Assembly: GCA_051294375.1 (NCBI GenBank)
Contig: CM119263.1
Location: 28,107,260 to 28,171,259 of the forward strand
Direction of reading: 5' to 3'
From: Paraspadella gotoi
Lineage: Eukaryota > Animalia > Chaetognatha
DNA length: 64,000 nt
In this document: positions 1-13,000 of the stretch, piece by piece
Layout of the letters: every line of letters starts with the position of its first letter
How positions within the stretch are numbered: the stretch's first letter is position 1
The notes under the pieces: model-generated
The model's database searches: none
Seen by the model: only the letters and a program-made list of their open reading frames with translations
What the model was told of the DNA's origin: nothing
Made by a program: the position numbers and the translations under genes

Positions 1-232
1 AGGAGAGCAACTTCACATATCGTGTCGGTCGGTAAGTCACTTATTTTTCTGAATCCATAGTCGTCATTTTGTCTAACTTTCTATCGTTTTAATCACAGGC
101 CTATCTTTAATACCCCTTAACCAGCAACCACCATTATTCTACCCACCTTACCCACCCCACCATCCATGACCCTTGTCCCTACTTTTGCGGTTCCATTGAT
201 TAGCCTCCTTATTCTTCTTCGCCCCTTGGAGG

Positions 233-350
233 GCAGCGACGATGACGATGACGACGACGACGACGACGAAAGACGCCAATGCAACGACATGGAAGACGTC
301 ATTGGCGACGACGACGACCACAGCGACGACGAGGACGCCATCTGCAATGA
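233..350 (+). CDS. Possible internal exon of an unidentified gene (Asp-rich or Thr-rich depending on frame); a preceding exon probably ends at 31
   Basis: Pyrimidine tract + AG before 233, GTGAGG after 350, GTAAGT donor at 32. The content is a (GAC)n-type repeat, so the frame is ambiguous. Confidence 0.25.
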
Positions 351-2522
351 CGTGAGGTCAACAGTCTTAGTAATTACAACGATTGTGATGTCTACAATAG
401 TAACACAACATTAGCAACAAGAATGTTGTCTACAATAACGCTAAACAGGACATCAATGAGACTCAGAGAGAATATGATGTTGATGATGATGATGATGATG
501 ATGATGATGACGACGATGACGACGAAAGTTACAAAAGAGAAGCAGGGGGGAAAGGATTTTTTTTTCTGCCACTTTTAATTTGATTACTGTATCAACGACA
601 TCAAAGCAACGCCGCTCTCTCTCTCNNNNNNNNNNNNNNNNNNNNNNNNNNNNNNNNNNNNNNNNNNNNNNNNNNNNNNNNNNNNNNNNNNNNNNNNNNN
701 NNNNNNNNNNNNNNNNNNNNNNNNNNNNNNNNNNNNNNNNNNNNNNNNNNNNNNNNNNNNNNNNNNNNNNNNNNNNNNNNNNNNNNNNNNNNNNNNNNNN
801 NNNNNNNNNNNNNNNNNNNNNNNNNNNNNNNNNNNNNNNNNNNNNNNNNNNNNNNNNNNNNNNNNNNNNNNNNNNNNNNNNNNNNNNNNNNNNNNNNNNN
901 NNNNNNNNNNNNNNNNNNNNNNNNNNNTTATTGTTTTCTACTTAAACGACAGCTCATTTACCAATGAGGTCATATCGTCCTGAGTTTTACACAATCCTTC
1001 AATCCACAATGCTTCAAGCCTAAATCTCTTGCACATCAAAGCCATCGGTCATTGCGAGTTCCATTGGTCTTGGATCAAAGTCGCTTCTGGCATCAAACGT
1101 CTTTCTGCAGATCCTTGTCCGCCATTTGTGGCTGAAGCTCTGGCGTCCTCAAAGTTCCCGACGGATTTTTTAATCTAATGAACTTGGCTTTGATCGCGTG
1201 GGGCAACGGAATTTGGTTGGGTGATTTTTGGCTGGCGTCTTTCGTCATCTTCGTCGTCGTTGTCGTCGTCATCGTCGTCGTCGCCATTATAATCATTCTT
1301 TGGCATATTGGTTTTATAATTTTAGTCTGAAGCTTGATTTGCGCACGTTCCTCACAAAATTTTAATATCTCTATCATATCTCTATTTTTAGTAAAAATTA
1401 ATTAAACAAAATATGTTTGGTGAGGGATGATACATTAAAAAAACATACACAAAAAAAAAGAACCACGAGTCTTTTTTCGCTTATTGATTTCTCCGCCACA
1501 GAAGAAAAAAAAACCACTCCTCCCCTTTTCGCGAGTTAAGACGAACCAACGAAAAGCCTATCACTGCTTTCATCTCATTGGTCCACGCAACTTCTAGTTT
1601 CCACCAATCGGGGCTCTTTAAGTCCCGAGCTTTTCTTCTTTTCATTTTATTCTTCTTTTTTTTTTGACTGAACTAAAAAGGATTTTTNNNNNNNNNNNNN
1701 NNNNNNNNNNNNNNNNNNNNNNNNNNNNNNNNNNNNNNNNNNNNNNNNNNNNNNNNNNNNNNNNNNNNNNNNNNNNNNNNNNNNNNNNNNNNNNNNNNNN
1801 NNNNNNNNNNNNNNNNNNNNNNNNNNNNNNNNNNNNNNNNNNNNNNNNNNNNNNNNNNNNNNNNNNNNNNNNNNNNNNNNNNNNNCTCTCTCTCTCTCTC
1901 TCTCTCTCTCTCGCTCTAATCTTTTGTTACGTTCGCAAATGTCAAAGATCGAATTCTTTTTCTCTTCTCAAAATCTCGACTTTTTACGTTTTTCTTTCAC
2001 TCAATTTCTCTTAAAATAACAAAGATAATAATTTTGGGATCTCTTTTCCAAAAGCGCCCCGTTTCTGTAAGAAAGAAAGAAAAAAAACGAAAACGGGATA
2101 CTTATGTATTTTTTTGTTTACAAGTTTTGTTTTCGTTCGTCGTTTCGCTTTGACAACTTGATCGTGTATCTGAAGCTAAAAAAGTTANNNNNNNNNNNNN
2201 NNNNNNNNNNNNNNNNNNNNNNNNNNNNNNNNNNNNNNNNNNNNNNNNNNNNNNNNNNNNNNNNNNNNNNNNNNNNNNNNNNNNNNNNNNNNNNNNNNNN
2301 NNNNNNNNNNNNNNNNNNNNNNNNNNNNNNNNNNNNNNNNNNNNNNNNNNNNNNNNNNNNNNNNNNNNNNNNNNNNNNNNNNNNNNNNNNNNNNNNNNNN
2401 NNNNNCATCAATGATGTACAACCGGCCGCGTAAGAACGAAGGTTCATCGCTTTAACGATTCTACAGGCGAATGCGTCCGGGTGACTATCGACTCTGATGA
2501 CGACGATGATGACGACGATGAT

Positions 2523-2556
<34 letters not shown>

Positions 2557-2805
2557 ACGACGAGAGCTTCGACTTAACTTTTATGAATAAATTTAAAAGA
2601 GTCTTCATGTTCTGCTTTGAACGTTCCGGTTTTTTTATTTTGTTTATTTAAAAAACTTGTTATTTAGAGCAACATGTGTACGAAATTATTAAACTATTCA
2701 ACAAAAATATCTACAAAATTCGTTTGTTATCATGACTCAGAAATCTGATAACTCAAACTTTGTCATAAGAAAACTTTTGCCGACTAGACAATTTTCCGAG
2801 CCTTA

Positions 2806-2839
<34 letters not shown>

Positions 2840-4022
2840 NNNNNNNNNNNNNNNNNNNNNNNNNNNNNNNNNNNNNNNNNNNNNNNNNNNNNNNNNNNNN
2901 NNNNNNNNNNNNNNNNNNNNNNNNNNNNNNNNNNNNNNNNNNNNNNNNNNNNNNNNNNNNNNNNNNNNNNNNNNNNNNNNNNNNNNNNNNNNNNNNNNNN
3001 NNNNNNNNNNNNNNNNNNNNNNNNNNNNNNNNNNNNNNNNNNNNNNGAAAAAACTTATTTACTGCACTTTTTCGTATTAATTTTTGTTTCTTGGCAAATT
3101 TTTAGATCGAAATCTTGCATGACTTTTTGACAACAAAATAAAAAAGACCAGATATTGAGCGAAAGCTGTGACATTGTATCATTTCTGTCACTTCTCGCTA
3201 TCGATTTTTCATTGAACCAAAACAAAAGATTAAAAGTGAAAGAAAACAAGTTTTTCACCACATTATGAAAGAGAAACAGCCAATTTATTCTTAAACAACC
3301 GCTTGACACAACAATATAAAAAAAAAAAAATTGTTTCTATCTAAAAAAAAAACATAGACAGATTAATGCGAAATGTCCCGAACTGACGTCATTTCTTCCA
3401 CTTCTTGAAACAAAAGATAAAACGAATTAAATCCGATTTACGTGGCGAAAAGTTTTCGCTTCGGACCCAGGAATGTAAAAAATTTTTAAAGAAATGCGTT
3501 CGACCGATGTAATTCGACCCTCCATTATTAAACTTGTACGCACGACGACGACACGAAGAACGACGATTTAATCGAAAAACTTACCTCCACGAATAAAATA
3601 TTGATTTTTGACTTTTGATCCTATGAAAGTCTGTAATTTAGAATTCCTCAGATATTTTTAAAAGATTTTTTTAATGTATAAAAAATGTCAAAGAACAATA
3701 TAAATTCCCGAATGTCAAAAAAGAAAACTACGAAGAGAAAAATATGTTATTCTTAATCCATCATAACTTGAATAACAAAATATTTTAATAAAAAATTATG
3801 ACATGTTTCTTTTTTTTTTTTTAAAAACAAGCTCTCGATTGGACAATAATGAATCTCATGATACTGAAACTCTCCCTTATTTTCTTCGGATGGCAGTCCA
3901 TACCAGTGGATGGCAGTCCATACGCAGTCTCTAGTGTATGCTTCATATTTGTCACCGTTTTCACCGTGATTACCATCACTGACCCAACGACATTAAATTC
4001 CCAATTTCTGCCAAAGACTTAC

Positions 4023-4211
4023 ATAGCATTTCCCGATTCCTGGGTCCTGTGACGTCAACGTCGTGGCGCCGCGGAATAGAGGGAGAGCCTAGCGGCGCCG
4101 GCACCGCATCTAGCGCCGTCATCATGCCACTCCCCGCTCCGATCAAACCCCCTACGCGCCCCTTCCAGTCGCATGTTGTCCGATCAGCGTGCGGGTCGTG
4201 CCTCGCGCTTC
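4023..4211 (-). CDS. Possible GC-rich exon (..GSGMMTALDAVPAPLGSPSIP..) of an unidentified gene; inverted copy at about 8128-8300
   Basis: GC-rich island between a CAG acceptor and a GTAAGT donor on the - strand. The two copies disagree by indels and no family was recognised. Confidence 0.25.
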
Positions 4212-4405
4212 TGTACGCGTCCCGTTGTTGTTGTGAATTACGTACGGACGAGGGTGACCCAAAGTGAAGGTGAAGATTAATCCAAGAGTGATGGAAAGTG
4301 AGTAATCCGAGTAATTAGAAGTTGTAATCCAAAGAAATAGGTTTTTTTTTTCGTAATCCAAATAACAATTCGTGGCGAGAAAGCAAAATGGTTGAGAGAG
4401 AGAGA

Positions 4406-4469
<64 letters not shown>

Positions 4470-4559
4470 TGGATAAAACGGGAGTTGAATGATGAGAAGC
4501 GAAATCTACTAAATTTCAATATATTTTAATTTTGTAATTGATGACGCCCATCCCAAGTT

Positions 4560-6560
4560 TTTTATTTTATTTTCTTCACTCAACGAAGACAATTTTGAGA
4601 TAATACTGGAGAAGAGAACTTGGGAGAACTATGGAGAAGCTGAATCTCGATCGAGCAGAACTCTAGAAGATCTAGAACGAGCGAGAACGAGAGCTCGATA
4701 AAGGAGAAACTCTAGAGATATTGGAAAATTAGCTCTCGAATCAAGAGCAGAAACGAGGAAGAATTAAATACTCGTGGTTCAATGAAAATCAGATAGCGAG
4801 AAGTGACGAAGATGTATTACACATGGTTCACGCTATTTCTGACGTGCTTTATATATATATTTGAAATGTTAGAAGAATGGTCAAACAATTCATGCAAGAT
4901 TTACGAAGTCTAAAAATTTGCCAAAGAAATCAAAGAACCAAGACGTTAAATAATACGAAAAATAAGATGACAGTAAAATAAGAGGAATACGTGATATAGT
5001 ATAGGAGAGCATTGAAAACTAAAGTGATGAGGATATAAGGATTAGTTTGACTATTAAGATATTAATCTCGAAAAGGTAAATAATACGAGAGAATCCGATA
5101 AGAAAGAAAGAAATAGAAAGGTATTATTAGAGAGAGGGAGAAATAGAAAAGGAAAGACGCTAGAGGATTTATATTGAACAAATACAGTGAGAATGAGAAG
5201 TGGAAGAAAAGGTAGAAAGTGGAGAGAAGAGAAAAGAATCCGAAAGAGAAAAGAAAGAGAGAGAAGAATAGAAAAGGAGAAGAGAGGTGAGAGAGGAAAT
5301 CATAAGAAGAAAGAGAAGAGGAAAAAAGAAGATTTGAAGAAAGAAAGAATAAGAAAGAAAAGAGAAAGAATAAGGAGGAAAGAGAGAGAGAGAACAATAT
5401 GAAGAAGCTTATACAAGAGTAGAATAGAGATTAGTACTAGTAGCGGCAAAAGAAGAATTATTGTAACAGTAAAATAGAACAAAGTTTGAGTTATGCGAAG
5501 ATGAATAAAACATGGAAAGTTATGAAACGGATTAGAAATAAGAAACAAAGCCGAATATGATGATAGGAAAAGAGGAAAATGTGAATATTTAAAGGAAAAA
5601 TAATGCAATAGAAATGTCTAATATGAGATAACAGTATCGAATGCACATGAAAGGTATAGAGATCAATAGAAGAAAGGAAAAGAATAGAAAGTGAAAGAAG
5701 ACATGAAAGAAAAATAGGAGAAAGAAATAGAAAAGAGAAGACCCAAAAGAAGAAAGGTTAATATAAAAGTTTATATAGAAAAGAGAAAGAAAGCGAAAAT
5801 ATTAAAAAACAACAAAAAAAAAAAAAAACCGGAACGTTCAAAGCGGAGAACATGAAGGAAAACTCTTTTAAATTTATTCATAAAAGTAGTTCGAAGCTCT
5901 AATAAAGGACAAAGTCGTCAGTCAAGCAGTATAACAAGAGGAATAAGAAAGCGTCGTACTACAGTCGTCGTCGGTCGTCAATAGAGAGAGTGGACAAAGA
6001 AGTCGAAAAAGGGAAAGATTAGCGTTCGGCGATCGATCAATATAAAGGGATAAGACGGAGATGAAGGAAACAAAGAAGAGATACATAATAAGCGTGGAGC
6101 AGTGTACCGAGAGAGAAATACGATACAAATTACAATCCGTATTTGGTCGATTAGCGCAAAGATTTCGGTTTCAACATGTACCGAATCGATGGTCCCTAAG
6201 TTTACCGAGTTTCTATCAACGTCGCTCCTAATTCATTTTATTAATAAAAACGCATGATGAAGAGAAGAGGAGAGAGAGAGAAGACCAAATCGTTTTTGGT
6301 ACGAATCAGCAGACGATAGTAGAAGAGTGAGAAAACCTTTTCATTGAGCAAATTAAACTGAATCAGCGCATTAAGCAGCCCCTGAGAACAAAAAAAGACG
6401 AGAAAGAAAGACAGGAGAGAGTAAAGGAGGAGAGAATCGAGACGAGCAAAGATTGACGAAAGAAAGTGCGAGAGTAGAGAGAGAGAAGCCAAAAATCGTT
6501 TTCGGACGAAGAATCAGCAGCGGCTCAGCACATCGAGCAACTGGGAAAAGAAAGAGATAG
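4560..6560. other. Very noisy A/G-rich stretch; partly a degraded inverted copy of about 2400-3130
   Basis: 5829-5900 (ccggaacgttcaaagc..gaacatgaag..actcttttaaatttattcataaaag) is the reverse complement of about 2565-2630 with inserted bases; about 4890-4960 mirrors 3070-3125. Confidence 0.65.
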
Positions 6561-7495
6561 AGAGCTCATATAAGTTGGAACTCGTGACTACGCCTACGCC
6601 ATCTTATGCCTCAAAAAGCGTACGGAGATTGTCACAAACGCTAATAGCTAAATTAGCAGACTATAAAGCATTGCACAGGATTAACAACTATATTTATGCT
6701 TACCACATATTGCCAATTTTTCTTTTTGCAACCAGGATTCCAACTCAATTTTGGTTATTGTCTTAAAAAAATAAGCATAGCCATTGTGTTTTAATGAAAT
6801 TAAAAACTAAATGAAGTTTCAAACTTGTCTTTAAAAAAAATAAAAGATACGGTACGACAAGCATTTTCTATCATTTTTTCTTTTCATTTAAAGTTTACCT
6901 TTTGTACTCGCGCATTTTGCGTCATTGCGCGCATAAATTTTATTTTACACTATTCTCGCTACTTTTCCTGTGCGTAGAAAAAGTTGAAAAAACGAAGGAA
7001 ATCGACGGAGTAAAAACAATTCGTATAAAGTTTTTTTACCTTTATCTAACAAAAACCGAATAAGTTTCGGATTTTTTTTGCAAACGAAATAGTAAAACTC
7101 GATAACTTTCCATGATAAAAATTATTACCGATGCATTGTTGATTGTATTTTCTGCTTTTCTCTACAATCTCGACGCACGGTATTATTTATTCAGTTCAGT
7201 CTTCGTATATTCTTTATTTGCTTATCAAAAGTAAAGTATCCTTTTTTTAGTACTTTAAAAAAAAATATTACTATATCTAAAGTGTTGGAATTTTCAAAAA
7301 CGAATCCGTCAGCTTTTGATGACGAGAAATAAAAGACATACCACGCAAAGTTTTGGAACTTTTCAGGTCAACCCTAGTCGGAAGAAGAACTTATTTTCAT
7401 AAAAACCCTTTTCTCTCTCTTATCTTCTGAATGATGATGTTCAAAATTTTTTTGAAAAACGGTTTTTTTGNNNNNNNNNNNNNNNNNNNNNNNNN

Positions 7496-8861
7496 CGCTC
7501 TCATTTCGTGTTTCGGTTGTTTCGTTAAATATAGTTTAGTAGTTTTTATTTAAAATTCGAAACTGAGTTACGGATTATCAACTGGTAAAATCAACTATTT
7601 TTTTTAAAAATGAACCTTGAAAAAGAAAAAGAATTAGACGTCCGAAAAAAGGAATGAATGAATTGAATAATGATCTAAAACAATATTTAATGAATGAATC
7701 AAAAAATAAATAAACTAATGAATAAAAGAATGAATGAATGAATTAATGAATAAATGTTTGAAACTAATGAATGAGTGTACATTGTACAAAAAAGTTTCAA
7801 TCTTGTATATTACTTGACAGACTCGTTTCCATCTCGACCACTAATTTCCGTTTTCTTCGTCTCAATTATCCGACTCTCTTCATTCCTTTTTTTTTTCTTT
7901 TCCATTTTTTTTTCCCCTTTTTTTGTTCCTTCTTTCCCTCTGTCTTTTTAACCCGACAAGCGGAAGCCTTTTTTCTTCTCTTTTTTTTTTGTCTCTTTAT
8001 CCGCAATTGTTTCTTTCTTTTTCTTTCTTCCATGTTTTTCTTTTGTTCTTTCTTTATTTTTTAAATTTCTCTTTCCCTTTTTCTTTTTTTTCTCTCCCTT
8101 AAATTAATCTCAATTCTNNNNNNNNNNACGACCCGCACGCTGATCGGACAACATGCGACGGAAGGGGGCGCTAGGGGTTTGATCGGAAGCGGGAGTGGCA
8201 TGATGACGGCGCTAGATGCGGTGCCGGCGCCGCTAGGCTCTCCCTCTATTCCCGGCGCCACGACGTTTGACGTCCACGGACCCAGAATCGAAATGCATAT
8301 GTAAGTCTTTGGCAGAAATTGGGAATTTAATTCGTTGGGTCAGTGATGGTAATCACGGTGAAAACGGTGACAAATATGAAGCTTCCTGGACTGGTATGGA
8401 CTGCCATCCACTGGTATGGACTGCCATCCGAAGAAAATAAGGGAGAGTTCAGTATCATGAGATTCATATTGTCAATCGAGAGCTTGTTTAAAAAAAAAAA
8501 AAAGAAACATGTCATAATTTTTTAGAAAAATTTTTTTTATTCAAAGTTATGATGGATTAAGGAATAACATATTTTTCTTCGTATTTCTTTTTTGACATTC
8601 GGGAATTTATATTGTTCTTGATCATTTTTATACATTAAAAAATCTTTAAAAATAATCTGAGAATTCTAAATACAGACTTTAAGAAAGAGCAGAGAGGTGA
8701 CAATGCCACGAGCGAGAGCAGAGCGAAGCTACTGAGAAAGGAGGGAAGAGGAAGGGAAGGTAAAGATAGCGAGGATGGAGGAGAGGAAGAAAAAGGAGAG
8801 CCGGTCGATGACGCACCAAGGCGCGCGCGAGGATGTAAAATTTGGAGAGGGAGACAAAGCA

Positions 8862-8945
<84 letters not shown>

Positions 8946-9236
8946 ATAAATTGGTTAGACTTCGTGACAAGAGGAGAAGAGGAAGATGAGTGATTCGGTT
9001 TTGTGAAGTCGCGTTTGTGAATGAATGGGAAGAGAGAGAGAGAGTTGAGGAAACGAAAAGAGGAAATAGGGTAAGGTAAGGAAACAATTAAGGTAAGTAA
9101 GACAGGAAAAAAAGGTTAAAGCCAAGTAGGTGATCACGAATCCAGACAAATAAATAGAGATGGAAAAGATAGAAAGTTAAAAGAGGAAGAAAGATAAAGC
9201 GGACGACAAAAAGAAAAGAGGAGAAGAGAGAGAGAG

Positions 9237-9295
<59 letters not shown>

Positions 9296-12200
9296 AGAGT
9301 CGCGACAAACAAAAGCCGAGTCACGATGTTTTTTATGAGGCGAAGCAAAGACGAGGAATTTAATGAGGGAAGAGTTTAAAAGTGGAGAGATGGAAGTGGT
9401 TGGGGTGGAGGGGGGCGGTGGGGTTAATTAGGGGGAAAGTGGGAGAGTGGGCGAGAGGGGGAAGAAATGGCAAAGGGTAAAAAGGACGAAGAATGAACGT
9501 TGAGAATTGAGATAATTTAAGGAGAGAAAAAAGAAGAAAAAGGGAAAGAGAAATTTAAAAATAAAGAAAGACAAAAGAAAACATGGAAGAAAGAAAAAGA
9601 AAGAAACAATTGCGGATAAAGACAAAAAAGAGAAAGAAAAAGAGGCTTCCGCTTGTCGGTTACAAAGACAGAGGGAAGATAAAAAAGAGGAACAAAAGAA
9701 AGAAAAAAAGGAAAAGAAAACGAAATCGAAAGAAGTCCGGATAAATTTGAGACAGAAAGAAAACGGAAATTAGTGCGTTCGGATGGAGAAACAGTCTGTC
9801 AAGTAAATAACAAGATTGAAAACTTTTTTGTACACATTAATCACTTAGTCATTCATTTAAATCATGTATTATATCATATCATTCTCATTTCTCTTTATTC
9901 ATTAGTTTAATTTATTTTTTTTGATTTAATTCAATTAAATATTGTTTTAAGAATCAATTATTCAATTCATTCATTCCTTTTTTTTCGGACGTCTAAATTC
10001 TTTTTCTTTTTCAGGTTACTCTTTTTTTAAAAAAAAAATAGTTGGATTTACCAAGTTGATAATCCGTAAACCAGGTTCGAATTTTAAATAAAAAACTACC
10101 GAGACTATAAATTTAACGAAACCAACCGGCGAAAACACGAAATAAAGAGCCGAAAAGACCAAAAGATGTAAAGTGAGAATGAAAACAAGTTATTTCACAC
10201 ACATATGAAAGGCTCCACGTACGAATCGACGTCCTTAGACACCAACGAAATCTGAACTTCATCTAATTATACTACCAATTCTTTCTTGATCTCATTAGTT
10301 AGTAATGAAGGCTTACTTCATTTAAAAAAAACGGTAGTCACTCAAGTTATCTCCTTCTATCACTTTAGAACTTCCCAGGTAAAATTTCTAATGAGTTACA
10401 AACACCCCGGTAAGACAATGAGTTTTCTTCTTCAATGAATTGTTTATCTAATCTCATTAACTATTGTCAATTTTAGATATAAGTATGTTCGAATTTTTAT
10501 GGATAAGATAATTTTTAAAATGATCGAATTCCTCAAAAGAATCTTCACGTTCTTTTACTATACATAAAAGTTTTTTTAGGTAAGGACGCCACATTATCTG
10601 ATACAATGATATTTTTTTCTTCATACGCTATTCCTGATTCTTTTTCTTCACTTCTTTTCTTCTCTTTCTCTCTTATATTTCCTCTTCATCTTTCTCCCTT
10701 ACTTCTCAAACTCTGTCACATTTTACCCATTTTTTGGCCCCTAAAACCTTTTTCTGCACTTCATGGCACTTTCCCTCACCTTTCTTTTTCTCCTCGCTTC
10801 TCATATTGCGCGTCTTTTCCCCTCTTTTCTTTCCAATTTTCCCCTCATTTCCTACCTTTATTTGTCTCACTATTTTTTCCACACCATTTTGCCATTTGAT
10901 TTTTGCCTTCTGGCCCCTTTATTCATTTTCTCACCCTTCTCCTTCTTGTTTTCTCTTTCCTCTTCCCTCTCAACTACGTTTACAATGAGCCATGATCAAA
11001 GAAAAATCTTTAATAATGCATTATAAAGAAAGGATATTAACGGTAAACGAGGAGGTTTTTAATTTCATTTTGGTTGCCTAGCAAATTTTAGTAAAATCGA
11101 CAAGATTTTGCGGAAAATCTTTCAGCAAAATCTGTCCGAATTTTCAGAAAAAACAAGATCCTGAACGCTTTACCATTGGGTTAAAAGATGCGGTTTTTTT
11201 TGTTTTTCAACGTCAGTAAAGTACCCCATCTTTTTAAAACTAATAAATTGGAGTTGAAAAATATATTTCCTTTATCATAAATAAAATGCAAAGATCAGCA
11301 AAAAGTCACAAAATTAAAAATTCGTCCGTTTAAAAAATTAATTTCGATGGCTAAACGAAAAGAGGTTTTTTTGATAATTCTTGTAGGATGTTAAAAGCTT
11401 ATTCTGTGGACTGTATTTTCTTTAGTTACAGCCAATTTAAAACTATTTTTGTTATAATAAATTAATAATAAAAAACTAAAACTAGCGACTATTTTGACTT
11501 GTCAACTTTAAACATTAATTCAATAAGTGAACTAATGAATGATATATAAAGGAAACAACATATTTTACTCAAGGGTGAAGAAAGAATAAGCGAAGAAAAG
11601 GAATTCCAAAAATAAAAACAATTCTCAAACTTTCCTTGGCATTCACAATTTTGAAAAGAAGAAAGTGAAAATGGACAAAAAAATGAGACATGAATTTATT
11701 TTTTTTACTAAAAAGTTTGCAAAAATGTTAACTCTTAATGATTAGAAAATAGCTGGAGATGGTTTTAACGCAAATCCGTAATTTTGGCCTAATTTTATAT
11801 TATGCGTGCCAAATTAAATTAATTTTGTTAATAGTAACTGAACAATACTGAAAAAAGTAGTTTTTCTCTGAATGCGAGGATCGTAAGCAGAGGACGAAAG
11901 AGAGAACAGCACAATTTATTTCTTAAACAACCGCTTGACACCAACAAATATAAAAAAAAAAAAAATTGTTTCTAATCATAAAAAAAAAACATTAGACAGT
12001 TAATGCGAAATGTCCCGAAACTGACGTCATTTCTTCCACTTCTTGAAACAAAAGATAAAAGAATTAAATCCGATTTACTGGCGAAGTTTTCGCTTCGGAC
12101 CCAAGGAATGTAAAAAAATTTTTAAAGAATCGTTCGACCGGAGTAATTCGACCTTCATTATTAAAACTTGTACGCCGACGACGACGACGAGAAACGACGA

Positions 12201-12571
12201 TTTAATCGAAAAAACTTACCTCCACGAATAAAATATTGATTTTTGACTTTTGATCCTAATGAAAGTCCTGTANNNNNNNNNNNNNNNNNNNNNNNNNTTT
12301 TCTTTTGTCGTCCGCTTTATTCTTTCTTCCTCTTTCAACTTTCTATCTTTTCCATCTCTATTTATTTGTCTGTGATCTGTGATCACCTACTTGGCTTTAA
12401 CCTTTTTTTTCCTGTCTTACTTACCTTAATTTGTTTCCTTACCTTACCCTTATTTCCTTTTTCGTTTCCCTCAACCTCTCTCTCTTCTCTCCCATTCATT
12501 CACAAACGCGACTTCACAAAACCGAATCACTCATCTTCCTCTTCTCCTCTTGTCACGAAGTCTAACCAATT

Positions 12572-12660
<89 letters not shown>

Positions 12661-12790
12661 TGCTTTGTCTCCCTCTCCAAATTTTACATCCGTCGCGCGC
12701 GCCTTGGATGCTCATCGACCGGCCTCCTCCTTTTCTTCCTCTCCCTCCATCTCGCTATCTTTCCTCCCCTACACCTCTTCCCCCTTTCTC
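7496..12790. repeat. Patchwork of duplicated blocks: 7496-8100 inverted vs about 9500-10150; 8128-8680 inverted vs about 3620-4200; 8680-9215 inverted vs 12298-12790; 11912-12272 direct copy of about 3280-3632
   Basis: Matched by eye. Copies differ mainly by small indels and several end at N gaps. Boundaries are approximate. Confidence 0.8.
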
Positions 12791-13000
12791 CTCCCACCCT
12801 CCCGCTGGCATTGTTCACGCGCGCTCGCATCCCGCGATGTTTGGTGACGCGTGCCGCTGCCTCGCGGACACGAATCTCGTCACGTGACTCTTTACCGCGA
12901 CGACTACTAACGGACCTCTGTCGGCGTTTGACGGCGAATCCTATTTTTTTTTCTCGCTGCTCATTTGTTTCTCGTCGATTGCAGCCCGAGCAACTCTGAG

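Noticed and set aside
1093-1377. 94-aa minus-strand ORF
   Set aside because: No recognisable motif or clear splice sites; partly a (GAC)n repeat. Cannot be supported as a gene.
580-3105. ORF-track entries made of X runs
   Set aside because: They span N gaps and carry no information.
8390-8429. 20-bp direct repeat ACTGGTATGGACTGCCATCC x2
   Set aside because: Only two adjacent units with no spacer or context; the mirrored copy near 3886-3925 is imperfect.
5062-11026. Many Phe/Ser/Leu-rich or Arg/Glu/Lys-rich ORFs
   Set aside because: Translations of CT/GA low-complexity and noisy-read sequence.
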